Assembly (NCBI RefSeq): GCF_009914755.1
Contig: NC_060939.1
Source: the human T2T-CHM13v2.0 reference genome, Homo sapiens
Direction: 5' to 3' (one strand)
DNA: 64,000 nucleotides
The notes under the pieces are model-generated. The model had not been told where the DNA came from. It saw only the letters and a list, made by a program, of their open reading frames with translations, and did no database searches. The position numbers and the translations under genes were made by a program. Of this stretch, positions 15,701 through 29,156 are shown one piece after another; the first letter of the stretch is position 1, and every line of letters begins with the position of its first letter.

Positions 15701-16622
15701 CCGATGTCCCTCAGTGCCGATGTTGGGGGTGGAATGCGGTCTGTCGGTGGGGTCTTTTGAAAGAAGAGCTGACAAAGGCACAGGCTGCCAGCAGCAACAT
15801 GCTGACTGGCTATTCGGCTCATCCGTGGCTGACACCCAGCTGGTCCCAGGCCGCCAGTGGTGGCAGTGGCTCTGTACCTCAGGACCAATCCTGGGGCCTC
15901 CAAGTGGGACCAAGTCAGTTTTGAGGCCTAGCCAGAAGTTTGGTTCATTTTGCGACATGTTTGAGGGGTCCTTAGAGAAACCCAACCCTCCCTGAGGTCT
16001 GCTGGAGGTGGCAGGAGCTGGCCAGGAATCCTTGAGCCCATGGGGCAGGTACTGGCTGAGAAGTAAGAACCCAGTCAGATGTGGAGCTGGCCGGCCAGCC
16101 TAGTGAAGCTGCTATCCTCAAGTGGAAAGCCCCTGGCCGAAGCCCTGCTGGGTTAAAGCAATGTGACCATCAGGATCACGGCCCCCATCCACAGTGGAAG
16201 GCTCATAGGTTTGGTGGAACTGGGAGTCTAATCCACTCTCGATTTCTTAACTGAGTTCCTCTGGAAAAACCACAGTCCACTTCCCAGAGAACATCACTAA
16301 CGGATCATCTTCGACAACTGGTAGATTCCTCAGTCGAAGAATCTACTTGTCAGAGCCCTTGGGAATTCTCACCATCACAGACACATCAGCCTCTCCTTCA
16401 ACAGTGTTTGACACAGGCCCCCATTCCAGGTCAAGGGCCTGACAGAGAAAGAAGGTCCCGCTTGAGTATGTTGTATGTACACTCAGAGAGAAATTAAAAA
16501 AAATTAAAACACAAAATAACAACAAAAAAACAATTTCACAAGACACAGTGTCAGTCCTGCCCGATGTCCTTCCTGTTCCAGACGGTGTTCCTGGTGCCCC
16601 ATGTGAAGAGGGCAGCCCACCC
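12720..16622 (-). other. BMF: BMF 3' UTR
   Basis: Lies between the TGA stop and the poly(A) signal; almost free of repeats; several miRNA 8mer sites. Confidence 0.8.
12741..12746 (-). terminator. BMF: BMF polyadenylation signal AATAAA
   Basis: TTTATT on plus; U/GU-rich downstream element (GGTCTTTTATTTTCAAGGTGTGG on minus) about 20-45 nt further; gives a 3' UTR of about 3.9 kb, consistent with the known long BMF mRNA. Confidence 0.8.
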
Positions 16623-16724
16623 TCACCTAGGGCCTGCCCCGTTCCTGTTCTCTTCTCCATTCAAAGCAAGGTTGTGCAGGAAGAGGAGGATCTGCCACCA
16701 CACACGATTTTGGTTCTGCTGGTG
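16623..16724 (-). CDS. BMF: BMF last coding exon (HQQNQNRVWWQILLFLHNLALNGEENRNGAGPR*), C-terminal hydrophobic segment
   Basis: Acceptor (T)n-CTCCCTTCAG at 16725+; 102 nt, phase 0; TGA at 16623-16625; missed by the ORF track. Confidence 0.97.
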   Translation of the reverse strand, partial: HQQNQNRVWWQILLFLHNLALNGEENRNGAGPR

Positions 16725-17268
16725 CTGAAGGGAGAAAAAAAAAAAAGACCAACATAACTCCCAAACGCAATCTTAGACGACTCCCTCTCATTTCCAGTAA
16801 AAGTTCAGATCTCCAAGTCTCACGGCTGGCACTTTAATCCTATCAGTACAGCTCACAGCGGGGAGGAGGGGGAGGTGAAAGAGACACTGCCATGTGGAGG
16901 AGAGAGTTGAGTTCTCCAAAAACAATTGCAGTTTTAACATTAAAAAGAAAAGACTAGGCTCTATATGCACTATGCACAAGAGGATTAAGCTTTTTCCCCT
17001 GCTTGCAGGATTTTCCAGAGTTTAGCCAAGTGCTGCTTTTAATCAGATTGGCTCCCGAGCCCCTCAAACCTCAGCTGCATGAACAACAAACTGGCTTCAG
17101 AAAGAGAAGAAGTGCCCCCCTCTCTCCCCCGACTCCAAAGTAACACAGAGAACAAGGGGAAAGGGGGGGCCTCCATCTGCAAGTGATTTGACACTGTGAA
17201 GGTCAAAGGGTTAATCTTCAATTTAAACCACACTGCTGAGGCAGCAAAAATCTGATTTCATCCAGTGC

Positions 17269-17312
17269 AAACACGCACACACACAGACTCACACACACAC
17301 ACACACACACAC
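17269..17312. repeat. (CA)n microsatellite, interrupted
   Basis: Direct read. Confidence 0.9.
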
Positions 17313-18654
17313 CCTTGTGCGCCCGCCCGCTCTCCCTCCCCAGCATCTCCAGCTCGGTGCTGCCCTTTTTATAGATGCTCTTGACAGTAAGCCATAAATA
17401 ATCCCTCTTGGAGCGCTCTCCTACTGACTGGAGCCAATTAAACATTAAGCAAGAACATACTTGAAAACAAAACAAAAACAAAGAATATATACTATGCTCT
17501 GGAGGTTATCCCAGGTCCTACTGTCAGGCTGGGAAGCTAGGGGCAAAGTTCAGGGGTCAGTGGCTCACCAGATTGGGGCTGGTGCCCTGCCCACACAGGT
17601 ACCATTTCCCAGGAGAGGCCTGGGGGGGTGGAAACTGGGGGGTGCTGGAAGAGGCGGTCTTTGTTCTCTCTTTGTCTGCCAGGGCAGGAGGACTGGGCGG
17701 GGGCCTCTCCACAGGGTTCTCACTGGACAGGGGAATAAAAACCTAGTGTGCAGAAAGGAGCCAGCACGGGCTGGACTTGGATTACTTCAGTGGCCCCGTC
17801 AGCAAGCAAGTTTACATGAGGTGTCCAAGCCTTCTCTTAAACTGTCTTTAACCACAGCACCAGCCCCCACCAGGCAACTACTCCTGGTCAGATGGGAAGA
17901 GGAGAGAGGAAGCCAGCGGCACAGCTGGAAAGGGGGCCCAGGTTGCCTGGACTCCCAGAGCTTCCAGGTTCTGTCCAGCCCTGGCCTCCCTGACCTTTCC
18001 CAGGGCCACCATGCAGGTTGCTGGCTTCCCCTTCACGCTGCCCTAGGCCACAAAAAGAGAGGCATCCAGGCAGCTGGCCTCAGGGCCTGACAACCCAGGT
18101 GAACACGGAATGCCCCCGTCCATCATGGCAACAGCATTCCTCCTTCCCCCGTGGAAGAGCCTGGAAAACAACCCGGCAAGCTGGAGGCGCAGCTCCTGCC
18201 CGGAGGGGAAGGGAAATCGGGCGTGCCACAGAAGAGGCCTGGCAGACAGAGGGTGGGGAGATGGATGGCTTCCTCGTGTTTTGTAAACAAAGATGAGTAA
18301 AAAGAGGAAACACACCCGGCTTAACAAAATCTGGTTAGAGTAAAACAGCGTGAAAATGGACTCAGCTGCAAACCCGAAGCCTCCGGCCTGCAGCAGCTGG
18401 GCCAAAGACCCCCTCTCCTCCCCTCCCCAGCTGCTGACCGAGACAGGTGCAGAGGTCATGTGGCCGAACAAGAGGAGAATCCAGGAGCAGACTCATCCCT
18501 GGAGAGGCCAGTCTGCTGGAATTCCAGTTCTCCTGAGGTGCTTGTCTGAGAAGACCGGTGGCAAGAACAATCATCACCTCATAATAGTAACGTGGGGTTA
18601 GGGTGGCAGTCGGGGGTGGGGAGGTGCCAGGCTCTGTTCTGTGTGTTCTGCATC

Positions 18655-18760
18655 CTTGCTTCTCAAAGGGTGGTCCATGGACTAGCAGCCTCAGCATCAT
18701 CAGAGAGCTGCCTGGAAATGCAGACCCAGCATCAGAAGATTCCCCAGGTGATTTTGAGGC
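18655..18760. mobile_element. MER5A-like hAT fragment
   Basis: TTCTCAAAGGGTGGTCCATGGACTAGCAGCCTCAGCATCA...GAAATGCAGA. Confidence 0.6.
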
Positions 18761-19422
18761 ACATTATCATGCCCATTACTTAGCGACCACATAGCTAGTT
18801 TAAGTGGCAGGGACTGGACTGAACCTAGACCATCTGGCCCTAGAGCTATGTCCCTTCCCATTATCTCTGTGCTCAGAGTGCCACTACCTTTCTTTATACC
18901 AAAGCAGACCCTCTAGCCTCCCCTTTACTAAATCATCTCAAAACAGCTCAATGGCCAAGGAAAGCAGATGAGAATTCTATGATTTGGGGCTGAGGCAATT
19001 CTCATCTCTGTATGCCTCAGTTTTCTCCCAAATTCCACTAATGGAGGCCACCTACTCCCTGGGCAACTTGAGATCTCTGAAGATGAGGCACAGACTCCCA
19101 TCATCTGGGAGCGTTGGGGGACTCAGAAGCAGCTGTGGGCCAGAGAGTGCTTTCAGACAGGAAGGCTGAGGTCTTGCAGGGGACCCAGGCAGGCCTAGGT
19201 GCAGGAGGCAGGATACATGGGCCGGCCCTTGGGAAGGATCTAGTTTCCATGCCTCTGCGTGTGACAGTCCTTAAGGCTCATGAATTGGTAAGGAAGGCTC
19301 TATGGTGCATGGATCCCCAGGGACCAGGAATCAGAGGACCTGGCTTTCGGGTTGGATCTCCCATCAACCTGCTCATGAGTTCTCTCTTGGCTTATAAGGA
19401 AAATGCAGGTATTGTACTAGAT

Positions 19423-19572
19423 CAATGGTTTCTAAACCCAACTGTGTCACTAAGCCAGCTGAGGTGCTCTTGTAAGTATAGAGTCTCCAGGCCTCTCCCA
19501 GACCCACTGGGTCAGAATTTCAAGGAAGGGTCCCAGGAATCTGTATACTGAACAAGCTCCCTTGGTGACATT
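19423..19572. mobile_element. MER5-like hAT fragment
   Basis: CAATGGTTTCTAAAC...CCCAGGAATCTGTATACTGAACAAGCTCCC. Confidence 0.55.
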
Positions 19573-21985
19573 TTAGAGATCAGAAATCATTTATTGTATA
19601 TTTTAATCATAAAAGCAATACATGTTAATTGTAGAAATATTGGAAAATACAAGACATTACAGAGGAGGAAATAAAGTCACTCATGATCCTCCAGGCTAGA
19701 AAACACTTCACGTGTTGGTGTTTTCTTCAGTCCCTTTCGATCTCTTTCCACCAAAGTAATGTCTTACCCCACTGGCCAAGCCAGAGGTCAATCCTGCCCA
19801 GGTGGTTCTGTGGCAGCCAGGCCACAGCCTTTTGGAAACCACAAAGGTGCTCTCCAACCCTAAGGAGTTTGTCATCCACGACTACCTTCAGGATTACAAC
19901 TCAGAGCTCCAACAACTGAATTCTGTCAGCTGAGTGTAGGGCCTGGGAACCACCCATGGGCCCATGAGCCCTCTCTGGCTACAAGCAGATACCACACAGG
20001 CTCCCTTTGGCCTTCTCCCGCCTCAGGGCAGCCCTCACAAGACCCTTTTCCATGAGGAAACCAAGATAATCAAAGAATGCCCTGATTACAAAATACAACA
20101 ATAAATAAAATTTTTCCTAAAAGTTTAACAAAAGGGCCTGACTAGAAAGGAAAGAAAAAAGACTTGAAGGGAGGCCAGTGGGAGAAACAGTGAGGAGGAA
20201 GGAAGTTGGCCTTCACTGAACAGGATGAAGAACACAAAGATACCAAAACACCAGAGAACGTGGGATCTTCCACAAGAGGGTGTGGAGGAGAAGGGGAAGA
20301 GAGGGGAACCAGGAATGAGTGTACTTGGCCTCTGACCCTCAGGCACCCGGCACAGCACCCAGCGCACAATCTGAGATCAACAAGGGCAGATCCCCAGAAC
20401 CAGGCCTGCCCTCCTAGACTCAGCTAGGGAACCCCTCACAGAATGGGAGTTCCCAGAATACACAGTCAGGGTGACCCAAGGGTGGGGGCTGGGATACAGA
20501 GGAGGGGAAGCTCACCCTAGAGCCCTCGGACTCACATGGTTTAGAAGGCAGGGCCAAGGAATGGAGGGAATGAATAGAGGTGAATGCCCCCAGGGAAGGT
20601 GCCCTAACATGGTAGATCACGGTGTTCTCTTCAATGAAGAGAGCACAAGCAGGCATCAGAGCCCCATGCGGCTTCTTTGGCCCAGCCTCATTTTCTTGCC
20701 ATGGACAGGGGATGAAGGCAGTCAGCTGACAAATGTTTCAATCCCTACTGTGTGCAACACCCTATGCCTGAATGCACAGCTGCTCATCCTGTGTAATGGG
20801 GAACATGGAAGGCATACAGTAGGCACTCAACAAGGGCATGCTGGACCGACTACAGAGGAGTCAGCCCTGAAAGATAACCCACTTGTCTGAGGCCAGGAAC
20901 AACTGATGTCTGGCCAGGTCTAAAGATGTACTTTATGTGATAGTATCAGCCTCACACCTGGGGAGAGGCCCAACTAGTAAAAGGCCTCCTTTTTTTTTTT
21001 TTTTTTTTTTTTTTCTCTAAAGAGCTGGCTGTGGTGTCTGACAAGGTTGGATTACATAAATCAAACTCTGTTTCATCCCACACAGCCTCTGCCCTAAGCA
21101 CAAAGCGTGTTCCCTACGCTCCCTGGATAAGAATCTCCCTCTGCCTCTCCCCTTTTCAGATCCAATTCATACCCTCTGGGGGCTCTGTGTGTCACCAGTG
21201 TTCCAGATGCTCCAGCTAGAGCTAATTCACCCCAAAGTATCAGAGGAAGAAGCAAAGCGAAGCCGTGTGCAGCTCTAAAAGAACCTAACTCACAAAATGC
21301 AAATTTACCAAACAGAGAGCAACTTATAATATCTCAGATACAGAACAGAGCACTTTCCTTTCTTCTCATGTGATCCTCACGATAGGAAGAGCAGGTATTA
21401 ATCAACCCATTTTAGAGCGACGGAAACAATGGCTCAGAAAAGTCATCCCAAGTTAGTTGGGAGGGGTGTAATTTGAGGCCCTGACTTCTGACTCCAAAGC
21501 TATGTTCCTTCACTAAAATTTTACAGTGTGTTTATTGACATTATGAAAATAGCATTACCTTTTTCAAAGCAAATCACCACTGATCTGCTCCCCTAGTATG
21601 CTTAAAGACATTGTTTCCAGATCATTAACTATTTAGTAAGGACGCTGTGGACCAGAAAAAAATAACCCTTTCAGAGGCAGAGCTAACTGAAGATCAAACA
21701 GAAATAAAGCTAAAACTGGTCTGAAATTATAACTTCAGACTGTGATCTGAAACCACACTCAATCTCTTCAAAATGCAGAATTGTCTATACTCTAGGGGAA
21801 GGTGCACAGTCCACGATGTGAAGTTTTCCTCCCTCTTCCCTTTTCCCTGTCATTCTCTAAACCTACTCAGGCCAAGGCTGAAAGAAAGAGCCTTGCAATT
21901 AAGAACAGGAACATTGACAGCAGGAAAATTCCTGCTTGAAGGAAGCTAGGAAGATGTTTTCTGTTGAAATAAGGACATTTTAATG

Positions 21986-22159
21986 AAGCACCCAACTGAG
22001 CTATCAAGCACCCAACTGAGCTACCAAGCACCCAACTGAGCTACCAAGCACCTAACTGAGCTACCAAACACCTGAGCTACCAAGCACCCAACTGAGCTAC
22101 CAAGCACCTAACTGAGCTACCAAGCACCCAACTGAGCTACTAAGCACCCAACTGAGCTA
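21986..22159 (+). repeat. 20-bp minisatellite (AAGCACCCAACTGAGCTACC) x9
   Basis: Nine tandem copies; the fifth (22066) lacks 4 bp. Confidence 0.95.
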
Positions 22160-24313
22160 AGAGTTATGTGGATACAAAGATGATTAAAATATTATAAACT
22201 TGGTTCTCAATTGTTTTACAATATAATGGGGAGAAGAGCAAGAGCACCTAGCTGAGTATCACATGAGGCAGAGTGGGTTGGGGCAGCAAATGTGTGCTTC
22301 CTTGTACCCTTGTTTTCCGGAATGTGATTGCTGGGCAGCAGGTATGGGGCGATTGGACCATGGTTCCAGAATCCATCAAATCTGTATGACGCCTAGCTCA
22401 GCAAATTACAGTGTGACTTGGACATGTTACCTCACTTCTCTGAGCCTCAGTTTCCTATAACACAGTGGCAATGGAGTCTAAAAGTACAAGGTTGCTGTGG
22501 TGATTACGTAAGAAAAATATACATGAAGCACTGGGCCTGGGGGCTGCAAGGAGCAGGCTCCTCCTTCCCTGGGGAGCACAAGGAAAACCTGGGACTCACT
22601 GGCTTTGCAGAGCACGTCTCTCAATATGCTCTGCAACAGGGCCGGCCTGGGGAGCACCATCTTCCCGGCAGACTCACGAAATCCCTGGGAGATCCCTGAC
22701 TTTCTGCTTTGAGACTGCCCACAGCAGCCACAGGCCATGGGGCTCAGGATTCTAGGCTGCCAGGGTAAGCCAAGGATTCTGAAACCCAGAGGGCAACCCC
22801 TTGGACCCAGTGGGCCCACTGCCTCAGACTGCTTCTGACCCAGAGGCCCGAGGAACGAGCAACGTGGCAAAACGGAAAAGGAAAAAAAAGACTCCTTGCC
22901 AAGAGCTTCCTCAGCCCAGCCAGCAGTGTTAACAGGACATTGAAGCCACCATGGCCACGCCCATTGCTTCTCTAAGGAAAAAAGAGCAGTCCGAAGCCAG
23001 CCAGCTCTCAGTGGAAGATGGCAAGGCTTCCTCTAACGCAACTGGAAGACACTGGCTCCAGCCACTGGGGGTTGAGGGGTACGGTTCGGGGACAGAGCTG
23101 TGCTGCACCATCCATGTCCCCAGACCCTTGTTTTGCACCTCCACAGCCTGGAGGGAGGAACTACTGAGACCCTTACTCAGTTTCCTTCAAGCTGAGAACA
23201 GCTCCATCAAACTACTGGGCAACTTCTTCAGAGCTCAGAAGGGCACAATGGTGTGTGCCCTGGTTAAAGAAGGGAGAGGGAGGGGGTTCGGGGGACAAGC
23301 CTGTTGTGTGTATTATGCTATGCAAAATAACCCCAGGTTCTGACACTCGACTTGGGGTCTTTTCAGCTGACTGTTCATGTCCTGTCCAGGACCAGGTCAA
23401 GGCAAACCAGGCAAGGAGGAAGGATGGAACCCTCCCCTTCACACACGGACTGATTGTGTGCTCTGGTCATGGAACATGACCTCTTGGCTGCCAGACATGG
23501 ATCAAAAGGCAAACCAGTCATTTTTCTTTAACCTTCTTTCTTTGTGTCTCCCTTAGTCCCCTCCTCCCATCACCCACTTTCCAAAAAAAAAAGCCAATTT
23601 CCATCCCATGGCAGGCCTTGGTGGGGAGGGAATGAACTCTCCGGAACTACAAGGCCCTTCTCCTGGAAGAGAGAGCAGTCAGGTGCAGAGTGTGTGGGGA
23701 ACTCAGCCTCTAGTCTGCCACGCTGATGACTCAGAAGCTAAATATAGCGAGCGATATAAACAGAGCCAGCCACAGAGCAAACACAGGGCCCCCAGCCCCG
23801 GCGCTGGCTCTCACGCACTCTGGCTCTCCGCAGTCCCTCCCCCAGCCTCATTCTTCCCCTGGCACTGTCCTAGGTGGGCCTCCCACTCCTGGGACAGAGG
23901 CTGGCTTCCTAGGGACCCATCTCACTCTATAGCAAACCTCTGGGGCCCCTGCCCGGGGCTGTCCCATCTAGACGCTGAGCAACCTAGTTAGCCAGCTTAA
24001 GTTCCAGAAAACCACTCACTAATAACTAGAGAATCCCAAAGTGTCAGGAAGCAATCAGGGGCTCCCTGAACAAAGGATCCAGTCTGCTAGGCAGAGAAGC
24101 TGCTAGTTAATAAACCATGCAAACACCAACTCGGGTACAACTTCCAAAAGAGCTCCCCAAATTACAAAGTCAGGTCCAAGCAAAATCCTAAAGTCATCTT
24201 TTAACATATTTCTAAAAGTACTCAACTGTCCCTGACTTAATAGTTATTTGTATCACAACTCCTAAAGGCCCTTCACATCAACTAGGCAAGGTAAGTATTA
24301 GAAACCAAGACTA

Positions 24314-24619
24314 AGCCGGGTGCAGTGGCTCACACCTGTAATCCCAGCACTTTGGGAGGCCGAGATGGGCGGATCGCCTGAGGTCGCGAGTTCAAGACAA
24401 GCCTGACCGACATGGAGAAACCCCGTCTCTACTAAAAATACAAAAATTAGCCAGGCATGGTGGTGCATGCCTGTAATTCCAGCTACTCAGGAGGCTGAGG
24501 CAGGACAATCACTTGAACCCGGAGGCAGAGGTTGCAGTGAGCCGAGATCGCACCACTGTACTCCAGCTTGGCAAGAAGAACGAAACGCTGTCTCACCAAA
24601 AAAAAAAAAAAAAAAAAAA
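24314..24619 (+). mobile_element. AluS-type SINE
   Basis: Full dimeric Alu with poly-A. Confidence 0.95.
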
Positions 24620-26725
24620 GGCTTGGAGAGATTACATGATTTGCCCACGAACACATAACTTATAAGTGGCAGAGCTGGGATTTTAACAGATCTGCCTACA
24701 AGTCTAGGATCCTTTTTGTGATATTACAGCTAAAGATGGTTTCAACTGAGTGGCTGAAAGTTTTCTCAGATTTCATTTGCCAAAAAGTCTAATTACTATT
24801 CAGAGATTTCCAAACCCGGCTTTTCTGAATGGAGCCACTCCTGGTCCAAGTGAAAAAGCCATTTCCAACATGAAGAATTCCAACCCTCCTGTAGCTTTAC
24901 TCACTCGACTGTTTACAGTAACTACTGTTTTTGAGGATTCTTGGCTTCTTAACATTGCCCAGAAATACCCCCAAATGTCATGATGGGCCACTGGGACAGA
25001 AGACTCTCCCAAGGGGAGGGGATACCACTTCCTGCCCCTCCTTAGGCTCGTGCTGAATGAGGCCATGGCACAAGGACAGGAAAGCTGGGGCTCAGACCTT
25101 CTGGCCAGGGCAGCCCAGGGGCTCAGGGAGGAAGTACATCTGCACCATGCTCTTCCATGCAGAAGCTGGACACAGAAGCACCACAGCACCACCCTCAAGA
25201 TAAGTCATTATCAGCAGACCATCGGGGGTCCCTGCCACAGTTTGTCAGCTCACAGAGGAGCAAACAGGGGAACCTTCACTCCTGCCCCGGCCAAAGGAAG
25301 GTGGGATGTGTGGTGAGGTTCTGAAAGGTTTTTACCTCCACTCACTCTGCCTCCAACTCTCTTGCTGCTTTGGAGACACAAAGAGCTGAGGCGGAGCACC
25401 CTGCTAACTCTGATCTTCTGCCTCCGGTTTTTTGCCTGTGGATCTGGAAGAGTCACCCTGAACTGGTAACTCGGGTGACCAGGCTAGTCCTCCACCTAGC
25501 AAGGCTCTTGGGAAATGCGCTGAAAGTGCAGATGGCCCACGTAAAACGACACCCAGGGAAACTTGGAACCTGTTGCATCTGGAGCCAGGTCGATACACTC
25601 AATTGGGATTTCATGGCATCAGCACGCCCCCTCCCTCTGCTCCATACCTCCAAGGGAGAAGGTCGTTCTGGTGCAAAAAAACGAGTAACTCAGGTCTGTA
25701 ACCAGGGACAAAAAGGGGGAGTGCACACTCTCCACAGGACTATGGACCAGTGGCCACTGTCTAGCCCCAGGACACTATCCCAGATGTAGGGGAAAGGTGA
25801 CGGTCAGGCCTCCTCAAGTCCCATCTGCCTCTAGGGTTGCTTTTCTTGGCTCTCTAAATCCAGCCCGCAATGATGGGAAATGACTATCATTCCCTGAAGA
25901 GAAATCGATAAGGCCAAGGTCCACAGATGATCAGTCTGGACACTAATTCCTCTGGACCAGGCAGGTGGAGGGAAGTTCAGGGGAGGCAGCTCTGCTCAGG
26001 GAGTCCCCTGCCAGGTGGAGTGGGAAATGAATTGTGAACCAACAAGAACAAACGTCGGGGGTGATCAGGATCATAAACAGAAAGAAGGAAACAGGCATTA
26101 AAGAACATCTACTGTGTGTCCCAAACTCTCATAGGTATTTTCTCACTTAATTATCACAGTAAAATTCTGTGGTATTAGCACTAATTCATAGAAGAGGAAA
26201 TAGGCTCAGTGAAGTCAAGTGACTTCCTGAAAACTAGTAGATGGCAGAGCTGGTATTCAAACCTGGGCTTTCTGACTCTGAACCCAAAGCCTAGAAACTA
26301 AATCCTAAATAACCTCCTTCCCACTGCCTCAGTTTCTCTGCCTGCAAAAATGAGGGAAGGGAATAGGGAAAGAAGATAAAGGATAAGAATGGAGGAGTGA
26401 CAACAGTACTTTCTAGATATGAAATCTTAGACTGTAGTTTATATAAGAATCAAGCTTAGAAAATGACTCACTTCTCAAAACCAGCTGCTGAAACGTTCCA
26501 GGAGTACCAGTGTTCCACCTGCCTGAAGCCATCACCTTAGCCCTTCCTGCAGGATGAGTTCCTGGTGAAGGTCTATAAGTAGGGTCAGTGGGGAGGAGGG
26601 GGTTAAAAGCAAGAAGACTCTGGGGAGAACTGTTTAAGGAGAAGACAAAACCCTGGCTCTTTGTACTGGAAAATTTGGGAAAACCAGCTCTTTGAGCTAG
26701 AAAAGGCTCACTGGTCAGCCTCCTA

Positions 26726-27436
<711 letters not shown>

Positions 27437-28995
27437 TTATTGCAAATGAAGCAAGCTGCCTTCCACGGAGCCCACTAGATGAGTCTAAAAGAGCCACAGC
27501 CACTGTGTCCTCCCATCCTCTCCAGTACCAGGACTGGAAGCTGTGAGCTGGGCTCAGCCGTAGGCCTGTACAACCACGGTGGAGTGAATGGGCAGGAAGG
27601 AGGCCAAGAAACTGAAAACAAGAATCAGAGTGAGTCCACACATGGACTGAAGGGGAAACTCGAAGCCAAGTTTCCACCAAATAATCAAAGGAGAGAGTAA
27701 GAACTGGAGCTTAGATCTATTATCTAAGCATAGGGCCACCCTCCCTTCCTGATCACTAAGGGACTGGGAGGACTTACCAGGCCCAGACCTGGCCCCAAAC
27801 TGTCCTTAGAACTCCTTGGCAGAGGGCACTAACCATATGTAACCCGCAATGTCCTGTTCTTAGGAAAGCCAAGGTCAATTCCTCTTCCCCTGGCACTGGT
27901 AATGGTTTGACCCTTAAGTCAACCTACCAATAGCTCTCCTCCGACCACCTGAAGCTACCCTTCTAACCTCGGAGTCTGCCCAGTCATGGTCAAGCTATTT
28001 ATTCCCTTGATTTCCTCACAGTCAGACACACAAACACACATTCAGAGCCAGCTGGGCTGGGGACACAGTCCCAGAAGTACAGAATGTGTTCGCTTCCAGG
28101 TGGCATGCCTGTGCTTCAGCTGTGGCTGTACCAGCACGGATGCAGCCTCAGGCTCCTCTCCCAGCCTTGGCAGCCATCCAGAAAGCCAGCCCGAAGAGGA
28201 AGGGTTAAGTGCCTGGGGACCCAGCCCAGACAGCGGCTGCTGGAACAGGGAAGGCAGCCTCCAGGCCATGGCACAGAGGGCTCCTCCAGCACGAGCCTGC
28301 CAGCCGCCGCCTTTGTTGATGGACTCTGCCACATGCTCAGCTGACACGTGATGCCCCGCCCTGGCGGGGCTGGTGCCAGGCTGCCGGCCAAGCGCCCGGC
28401 TGAGCGCCCGGCTGGCCGCCGGTCTGGGGAGCCTCTCCGAGGTACACTCTCCGGAGTCCCAGACCCTGGTTCCCAGACAGAGACAGTGAGGAGCGGCCTC
28501 CCCAGCTGGAAAGTGTCAGGTTTCAACCGGTTCCACCACTTTCCCCAACTCAGGCCCCATCCCTTGGCCTGGTTACCCGTTTCCCACTGTACCTTAGCCA
28601 GGCACCCCCCAACTGCCCAGTTTCATTGCAGCACCCGGAAAATCTTCCTCTTAGGTCCGTGAGGGGCAACCCCTCAGCCACGGCCATAAGAAGAGACAGG
28701 TTGTCAAGCAGAGCTGCAGAAAGCCATCCTATTCCCAGACTGTAGCCTCTCCCGAGAGGGCTCTTATGGAACATGAATTGAGACTGGGCAGTTAACCAAT
28801 GTGGAGCTCAGAGATGAGGGCAAGATGCTTAGCCAGTTAGGCCCCTCCTGCCCATGGGAACCGCCATAACCAAAACTCTGGGACAATATCCTTGAGGTCT
28901 GGCAGAGACAGAGTTGCTGACAAGAGGAGAGAGGCAGGCCCTGGCCCCCAAGCCCCAGCAGACTCAACCCTCCTCCCCTAAACCCCCGTGCCTAC

Positions 28996-29156
28996 TTGCT
29001 GCACATGAAGCCGGTGGAACTGGTCTGCAATGCACTGAAGCTTTCGGGCAATCTGTACCTCTGCTTGATGTTGCCACTGCCCTTCGGGGGGCTGCTCCCC
29101 AATGGGCAAGACTGCTGGGAAACTGGCAGGGAGAGGAAGCCGATAGCCAGCATTGC
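28996..29156 (-). CDS. BMF: BMF coding exon carrying the BH3 motif (IARKLQCIADQF)
   Basis: Acceptor TTTGCAG|GC; donor CAA|GTAGG; 161 nt; phases match both neighbouring exons. Confidence 0.98.

Noticed and set aside
12720-16622. Antisense lncRNA or ORFs within the BMF 3' UTR
   Set aside because: No exon structure or coding signal that can be supported from sequence alone
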